A DNA stretch of 32,000 nt from Pseudomonas aeruginosa (GTDB taxonomy: Bacteria > Pseudomonadota > Gammaproteobacteria > Pseudomonadales > Pseudomonadaceae), in NCBI RefSeq assembly GCF_001457615.1, contig NZ_LN831024.1, positions 4,020,001 to 4,052,000 on the forward strand, given 5' to 3'. Positions 27,216 to 32,000 of this stretch are shown piece after piece (position 1 is the first letter of the stretch; the number at the start of each line of letters is the position of its first letter). The translations under genes were made by a program, and so were the position numbers. A model generated the notes under the pieces. That model was given only the letters and a program-made list of their open reading frames with translations, was not told the DNA's origin and searched no databases.

Positions 27216-27961
27216 TGGCTGGCCTGCGCGTGGCAGCAGGCGCTTTTCGGCGCCTCGTCGTAGCGGTCGTGGTGACGCAGCCAGTCCATGATCGCGTCCT
27301 CGTTGCGCCCCTTGGGCGTCAGGTCGAGGAAGGTGTAGGTGGTGAGCAGGACGTCGAGGCCGCGCGCATAGGCCGAATAGGTGTGGAACACCTCGCCCGC
27401 CGGATTGCGCAGGAACACGCTGGCACCCGGCATTTCCTCGCCGGCGTCGGGGGTCGGCTGGTAGTTGTAGTCGACGCTGCCGGCGGCCAGTTGCGCCTTG
27501 TCGAAGGACACCCCGAAGTCACGGTTGAAATCGCTGCCGTACGAGGAGTACCAGTCGAAACGCCAGCCCATGCGCCGGCGGAACGCCTGGAACTCTTCCA
27601 GGGGCGCGCGCGATACCGCCACCAGGCTGACGTCGTGGTGCGCCAGGTGCCGGTTGGCGCCGTCGATGTGGTCGGCGAGGAACGAACAGCCGACGCAGCC
27701 TTCGCTCCAGCCCGGCGCGAACATGAAGTGGTAGACGATTAGCTGGCTATTGCCGCCGAACAACTCGGCCAGCGAACGCTCACCGCGCTCGCCCTGGAAG
27801 CGGTAGTCCTTGTCCACCCTGACCCAGGGCAGTTCGCGTCGTTCGGCGGCGACCTGGTCGCGCAGGCGGGTGAGTTGCTTTTCCCGCGCCAGCAGGCGGC
27901 GACGGGCGTCCAGCCATTGTTCCCGGCTGCTCACCGGGTGGTCCTGCAAAGAAGGATTCAT
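27212..27961 (-). CDS. DUF899-family thioredoxin-like protein
   Basis: VRVDKDYRFQGERGERSLAELFGGNSQLIVYHFMFAPGWSEGCVGCSFLADHIDGA...; overlaps the ECF gene by 4 nt. Confidence 0.9.
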   Translation of the reverse strand: MNPSLQDHPVSSREQWLDARRRLLAREKQLTRLRDQVAAERRELPWVRVDKDYRFQGERGERSLAELFGGNSQLIVYHFMFAPGWSEGCVGCSFLADHIDGANRHLAHHDVSLVAVSRAPLEEFQAFRRRMGWRFDWYSSYGSDFNRDFGVSFDKAQLAAGSVDYNYQPTPDAGEEMPGASVFLRNPAGEVFHTYSAYARGLDVLLTTYTFLDLTPKGRNEDAIMDWLRHHDRYDEAPKSACCHAQASH

Positions 27962-28110
27962 TGCCGATTCTCCACGGAAATTCTCGGTTTTCCAGCCTGC
28001 CCGGGGTCGTTCCGCCAGCGGCGCCGGCGCCCGGTCGCCAGGGCGAAGCCGGCCAGCGAAGCGCCGCCGGCGCACAGCAGGGACAGGGATGCGATGCACA
28101 GGGGGCACAT
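27958..28110 (-). CDS. Small cysteine-containing membrane-type protein (50 aa), not in supplied ORF track
   Basis: Translated by hand: MCPLCIASLSLLCAGGASLAGFALATGRRRRWRNDPGQAGKPRISVENRQ*. Preceded by GGAGGTGAAGC-ATG; its stop overlaps the DUF899 start (ATGA). Confidence 0.75.
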   Translation of the reverse strand: MCPLCIASLSLLCAGGASLAGFALATGRRRRWRNDPGQAGKPRISVENRQ

Positions 28111-28135
28111 GCTTCACCTCCGGCGCCGGGCGCCC

Positions 28136-28486
28136 TCACTCCCATTCCTTGACCGGTCGCACCTCGACGCAGCCGAGCCGTCCCGGCGGAATCTTCGCGG
28201 CGATCTGCAGGGCCTGGTTGAGGTCGCGCGCCTCGATCAGGTAGAAGCCGCCGAGTTGCTCCTTGGTCTCGGCGAACGGCCCGTCGGTCATCGCCAGCCG
28301 CCCGCCCTGGTGGCGCAGGGTGGTGGCGGCCTGCACCGACTGCAGGGCGTGCGAGGCGATGTAGTGGCCGGCCTTGCCCAACTGGTCGGAGTAGGTCATG
28401 CACTCGTCGACGATGGCGGCAAGCTCCTCGGCCGGCACGGCGGCCAGCTTCGCTTCGTCGAAATAGATCAGGCAGAGGTATTTCAT
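28136..28486 (-). CDS. YciI-like/DGPF-domain protein
   Basis: MKYLCLIYFDEAKLAAVPAEELAAI...MTDGPFAETKEQLGGFYLIEARDLNQALQIAAKIP; typical partner of ECF sigma factors of this type. Confidence 0.9.
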   Translation of the reverse strand: MKYLCLIYFDEAKLAAVPAEELAAIVDECMTYSDQLGKAGHYIASHALQSVQAATTLRHQGGRLAMTDGPFAETKEQLGGFYLIEARDLNQALQIAAKIPPGRLGCVEVRPVKEWE

Positions 28487-28668
28487 GGCGGTGGGCTCCT
28501 GGTGCGGATCGACGATCCGTTCGTTCGGTAGTCGCCCGGCGAGGGCGCCTTTCGACAGTGGCGGGGAAAAAAGCCCGCGGCGCGGACGAACGGTCGGCGC
28601 TCGCCGTGGAACGCCGCCGACCGCAGCACAAGCCTAGACCCGCCCGACCACCGGGCGCGGGCCGTCGG

Positions 28669-29007
28669 TCAGGGCTGACGCGGTGCGTAGGGATTCAGGC
28701 GGGGATCGCGCAGCGGGCTTTCCCGGGTCGGCCCGGGATCGTCCTGGCGCAGGCGGAGACTGCCGTTGCCGATCTTCAAGCCGTCCTTGGTGGTCGCCTC
28801 CCCGTCGGCGCTGGCCGCGTCGCTGCCCGGCAGGTCCGGCTCGGCGGCCTCCGGTTGCGGCTGTGGCGCGCTGCCCATGGGCAACGGCGCGACCGGCGGC
28901 GCGGCGGGCAACGCTGCCGGCAGCTCGTCCGGCAGGGGCGCGGCGAGGGTCGGTTGGCCCAGGCCGGCGAGCACCATGGCCAGGAGCAGGAAAAGCACAC
29001 GCGACAT
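28669..29007 (-). CDS. Secreted Pro/Ala-rich hypothetical protein
   Basis: Signal peptide MSRVLFLLLAMVLAGLGQPTLAAP; low-complexity mature part ending LNPYAPRQP. Confidence 0.65.
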   Translation of the reverse strand: MSRVLFLLLAMVLAGLGQPTLAAPLPDELPAALPAAPPVAPLPMGSAPQPQPEAAEPDLPGSDAASADGEATTKDGLKIGNGSLRLRQDDPGPTRESPLRDPRLNPYAPRQP

Positions 29008-29441
29008 GACAAAGCCTCGATAGGCCTCGGGACTTCCACCATAGCCGCGCAACGGCCCCGGCGAGCGAAGTACGGACCGGTGGCATCGCGCATTGGAAAA
29101 AGGGAACTCCTGGAATTGTTCGATAGGACCCTGGCCACCTCCGTCAGCTGTCAATCGACTTTTCGAACAACGCGCCCGCCCCCTATTAGAACAGCGCAAA
29201 AAAACTCGATCAAAAGTACAGCCTGGGCATGAGGTCGCGGATATAACCTGAAATCGAATTGCGCCCCGGCGTAGTTGCTCCGGTAACACTTCGCAGACGC
29301 AGGAGTCGAACGCCACCGAAAAGAAGATAGCACTTGCCAGAGAAACTTCCGCAGGTCCCAACGAACATCCCGGCACGCACTCGCCTCGCCATCTTTCTTC
29401 CATTCAAAGACCCGCCCACATGTAAATGAGTGGAGTAGCCA

Positions 29442-30134
29442 ATGACGCTATTGGATATCGAAAAGCTGCTGGACATGACTCACCACATGTCGGTGCACAT
29501 TCCCATCGAACTGATCATTTCCTGGGAGCAGAGCGAAGAGGCCTGGAGTGTGAAAGACAACTGTCTCAACTTCGTCTATGTCAATCGTCGCTATACCGAA
29601 CTGATCACCCCGCGGTTCGGCCAGAAGAACTCCCTGCTGTCCCCCTTCAGTGCCAGCATCGAAGAGCACGACAAGCTGGTCATCCAGACCGGCAAGCGCA
29701 TCGAGGCCCTGGCGCTGCTCAGGCCGGACGACCATCCGGCGCCCTGCTGCCTGTACTTCGAGCGCATGCCGCTGTATGACCGGCGCGGCAACCGCACCGG
29801 GGTGATCGCCCATGCCAAGACCCTGACCTCGGTCGCCCCGCGCGGCTTCATCGCCACCGACGGCATCGGTACCTTCACCTTCACGCCCCCCTCGGAGTTG
29901 TTCACCTCGCGCGAATGGGACGTGATCTACCTGCTGCTTTCCGGTCTCTCGGAAAAAGAAATAGCCGAACAGATCAGCCGCTCCCTGAGTACCGTCAAGT
30001 TTCACAAGAGCAACATCTTCCAGAAGGTCGGTTGCAGTTGCATCGGCGCCTTCAAGGCACTCGCCCGGCAAAAGAAGTGGAACTTCTATATCCCGCCGAC
30101 CTTCGCCAGCGCCAAGTACATCATCAATCACTAG
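29442..30134 (+). CDS. LuxR-family regulator with PAS-like N-terminal domain
   Basis: N-terminal PAS-like segment (NFVYVNRRYTELI...YFERMPLYDRRGNRTGVIAHAKTLT) and C-terminal LuxR HTH (FTSREWDVIYLLLSGLSEKEIAEQISRSLSTVKFHKSNIFQKVG). Confidence 0.9.
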   Translation: MTLLDIEKLLDMTHHMSVHIPIELIISWEQSEEAWSVKDNCLNFVYVNRRYTELITPRFGQKNSLLSPFSASIEEHDKLVIQTGKRIEALALLRPDDHPAPCCLYFERMPLYDRRGNRTGVIAHAKTLTSVAPRGFIATDGIGTFTFTPPSELFTSREWDVIYLLLSGLSEKEIAEQISRSLSTVKFHKSNIFQKVGCSCIGAFKALARQKKWNFYIPPTFASAKYIINH

Positions 30135-30199
30135 TCGCGCCTCGCGAGAGCCTTCGGCGTGCCGGGCGACGCTTTTGCCGGCGAAACCGAGCGGTTCGA

Positions 30200-31765
30200 A
30201 TGGACAAGGACAACAGCATGTCTCGAAACAATCCTTCGCGTCATTCAATACTCGTCACTTCCAACATAAACGCGGCCAATGATGCGAATCGTCTTTCCGA
30301 GCTTTGTCGACAACTGGAAATACGCGGCTATCGGCTCTTCCAGGCGCCAAGCCGCAAGGTCGCCCTGGATTTTCTCGGCAACGCCGCGCACCCCGCCGGC
30401 ATCCTCCTGCTCGTCGCGGAGCCGACAGGCGAGAACGAGGCCGCACAATTGGCGGCCCTCGATGAACTCCGCCAGGTCGCGCCGTCCATCCCGCTGTTCC
30501 TGTTGTTTCGTCAACTGCGCATCGAGCAGTTGTCCAGCCAGCTACTGGACGAGGCCCAGGGATGCTTCAACCTGGCCGCCGGCCCCGCACGCTTCATCGC
30601 CGAGCGCATCGACAGCGACCTGCGCGAATGGCGCGCCCCGGCAGGCCCCAGGCGGCTGCGCGACTATGCCCCGCCGGTCCCGCGCACGCCGGTGAGCGCC
30701 CGCTACAACGGCCGCGCACGCCTCGACTTGGCGCCGGCCAAGCAGTGGCGGATCGGCTCGGGGAGCACCGCGGAGCGCCTGGCGACACCGCTGAACGACC
30801 TCTCCACGGCCTACCGCAAGACGTCCGCAGGAGCCCCGGCGGCGCACGCCGGCGACATCGCCGAGGCCTTTCGCCGGGCGCTCTGGGAAGCCGCTGCGCG
30901 GCTCGCCAGGGAGGATGGCGATACGTGGTTCTTCGAGATACTGCGGGGCAACCCGGGGCCTGGCATCGAGGCCGGCCGGGAGACGCCGGCGAAGCGCTGG
31001 CACGGGCTCGCCGAGACACTCGACAGCAGTCCTCGGCTGGACCCGCTGCGCGTCGCCCTGAGCGCCCCCGGCCTCGATTCGCGCGGTCGCCCGGCCAGCT
31101 TCGGAGTACCCGCCGCGGTGGTCTGCCGCTACCTGCGCCGGCACGGCATCGCCCCGTTGCGCACCGGCGACTATCGCTTCCTGCTGCTGTTTCCCCAGGG
31201 CGCCAGGGCGGAACACGCGCAGCCGCTGGTGGACAGGCTGTGCGAATTCAAACGCCGGCACGACGACGATGCGCCGCTGAAGCAGGTGTTGCCGGAGTTG
31301 CTCGACAGCTCGCCGCTGTACCGCTACATCGGCCTGCGCGAACTCTGCGCGATGATCCACGAAGCCAGCCTGCGGCTGCACCTGACCGCCCTCGCCGACG
31401 CCGCCGCCAGGGCTGCCGGCCACGCCGCGCTGGCGCCGGCCACGGTCTATGGGCACCTGGTCAGGGACGAAACCGAAGCGGTGGCGATCGACAGGCTCGG
31501 CGGCCGTGTGGTCGCCAGCCTGGTCGGCGTCCATCCGGCGGCCACGCCGCTGCTGTTGCCCGGCGAACGGGTGGCCGAGGAATCACCGGCGCTGATCGAC
31601 TACCTGCTGGCCTTGCAGGCCTTCGGCGAGCACTTTCCCGGTTTCGCTCCCGAGTTGCAGGGCATCGAGATCGATGAGCGCGGCCGCTACCGGGTCCGTT
31701 GCGTCAGGCCGGCAGCCCTCGCCCGCGGCTCCGGCCTGCGCCTGGCCACGCGCCGGCCGGACTGA
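30200..31765 (+). CDS. Orn/Lys/Arg decarboxylase homologue lacking the PLP-binding domain
   Basis: 521 aa. N-terminal wing-like domain. From ~residue 215, WFFEIL..., LDPLRVALSAPGLDSRGRPASFGVPAAVVCRYLRRHGIAPLRTGDYRFLLLFPQG, CEFKRRHDDDAPLKQVLPEL, PGERVAEESPALIDYLLALQAFGEHFPGFAPELQGIEIDERGRYRVRCV match the C-terminal half of CadA/LdcC-type enzymes; no STHK-type PLP-lysine motif. Confidence 0.8.
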   Translation: MDKDNSMSRNNPSRHSILVTSNINAANDANRLSELCRQLEIRGYRLFQAPSRKVALDFLGNAAHPAGILLLVAEPTGENEAAQLAALDELRQVAPSIPLFLLFRQLRIEQLSSQLLDEAQGCFNLAAGPARFIAERIDSDLREWRAPAGPRRLRDYAPPVPRTPVSARYNGRARLDLAPAKQWRIGSGSTAERLATPLNDLSTAYRKTSAGAPAAHAGDIAEAFRRALWEAAARLAREDGDTWFFEILRGNPGPGIEAGRETPAKRWHGLAETLDSSPRLDPLRVALSAPGLDSRGRPASFGVPAAVVCRYLRRHGIAPLRTGDYRFLLLFPQGARAEHAQPLVDRLCEFKRRHDDDAPLKQVLPELLDSSPLYRYIGLRELCAMIHEASLRLHLTALADAAARAAGHAALAPATVYGHLVRDETEAVAIDRLGGRVVASLVGVHPAATPLLLPGERVAEESPALIDYLLALQAFGEHFPGFAPELQGIEIDERGRYRVRCVRPAALARGSGLRLATRRPD

Positions 31766-31775
31766 GGCGCGCCGT

Positions 31776-32000
31776 TCAGCGCAGCGCCTTGCTCAACTGG
31801 CCACGGTGCTTGAGTTCCAGGCGCTGGACGAAGGCCTGGAGGATGCGCCGGTAGAGTTCGTCGCCGAGCTGGCCGTCCTCGACGCCGGCATCGATATTCG
31901 GGTTGTCGTTGACCTCGATGACCAGCACCTTGTCGCCGGCCTGCTTCAGGTCCACCCCGTAGAGGCCGTCGCCGATCAGCCCGGCGGCCTCCAGGGCCAG
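31776..32000 (-). CDS. ATP-grasp / RimK-like ligase, C-terminal fragment; 5' end outside window
   Basis: Translated by hand: LALEAAGLIGDGLYGVDLKQAGDKVLVIEVNDNPNIDAGVEDGQLGDELYRRILQAFVQRLELKHRGQLSKALR*; VIEVNDNPNIDAG is the ATP-grasp metal-binding motif. Confidence 0.85.
   Translation of the reverse strand: MALEAAGLIGDGLYGVDLKQAGDKVLVIEVNDNPNIDAGVEDGQLGDELYRRILQAFVQRLELKHRGQLSKALR

Noticed and set aside
1-32000. CRISPR array, tRNA/rRNA, phage structural genes, toxin-antitoxin or known anti-phage defence genes
   Set aside because: Looked for but no regularly spaced repeats, cloverleaf-type genes or characteristic protein motifs were recognised; cannot exclude very diverged examples without database searches.

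Overview
This 32 kb window looks like a Pseudomonas (probably P. aeruginosa) chromosome. That assignment is my inference from gene content and synteny; no search was run. Three parts are visible. (1) The 3' end of a FabF-type ketoacyl synthase (1-556) is followed by a mosaic accessory block (~557-12,180). The block holds a GNAT acetyltransferase, a small membrane protein, and an RND efflux locus: an internally deleted outer-membrane factor, a TetR regulator, a lipoprotein adaptor, an RND pump and an SDR. After these come an orphan FabF N-terminus, an ICMT-like methyltransferase / FAD-oxidoreductase / TetR cassette and an IS5-like transposase remnant. (2) Core-like GC-rich genes follow: PhzF-like, TonB receptor-FecR-ECF sigma, MATE, EamA, XRE-cupin, VOC, YbaK-like, BNR-repeat protein plus MoaD-like protein, YciI, VOC and MFS. 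An ECF sigma/DUF899/small ORF/YciI operon comes next. (3) The right end has a PAS-like/LuxR regulator, an apparent Orn/Lys/Arg decarboxylase homologue lacking the PLP-binding domain, and an ATP-grasp fragment. Main non-routine signals: an identical 43-bp inverted repeat (2806-2848 / 9667-9709) bracketing the efflux locus; related short GGCC-centred elements across the accessory block; paired 16-bp operator-like palindromes; the PLP-less decarboxylase relative; and an unlisted 50-aa ORF translationally coupled to the DUF899 gene. I see no CRISPR array, rRNA, tRNA or intact transposase, and cannot claim a proven new defence or mobile system.
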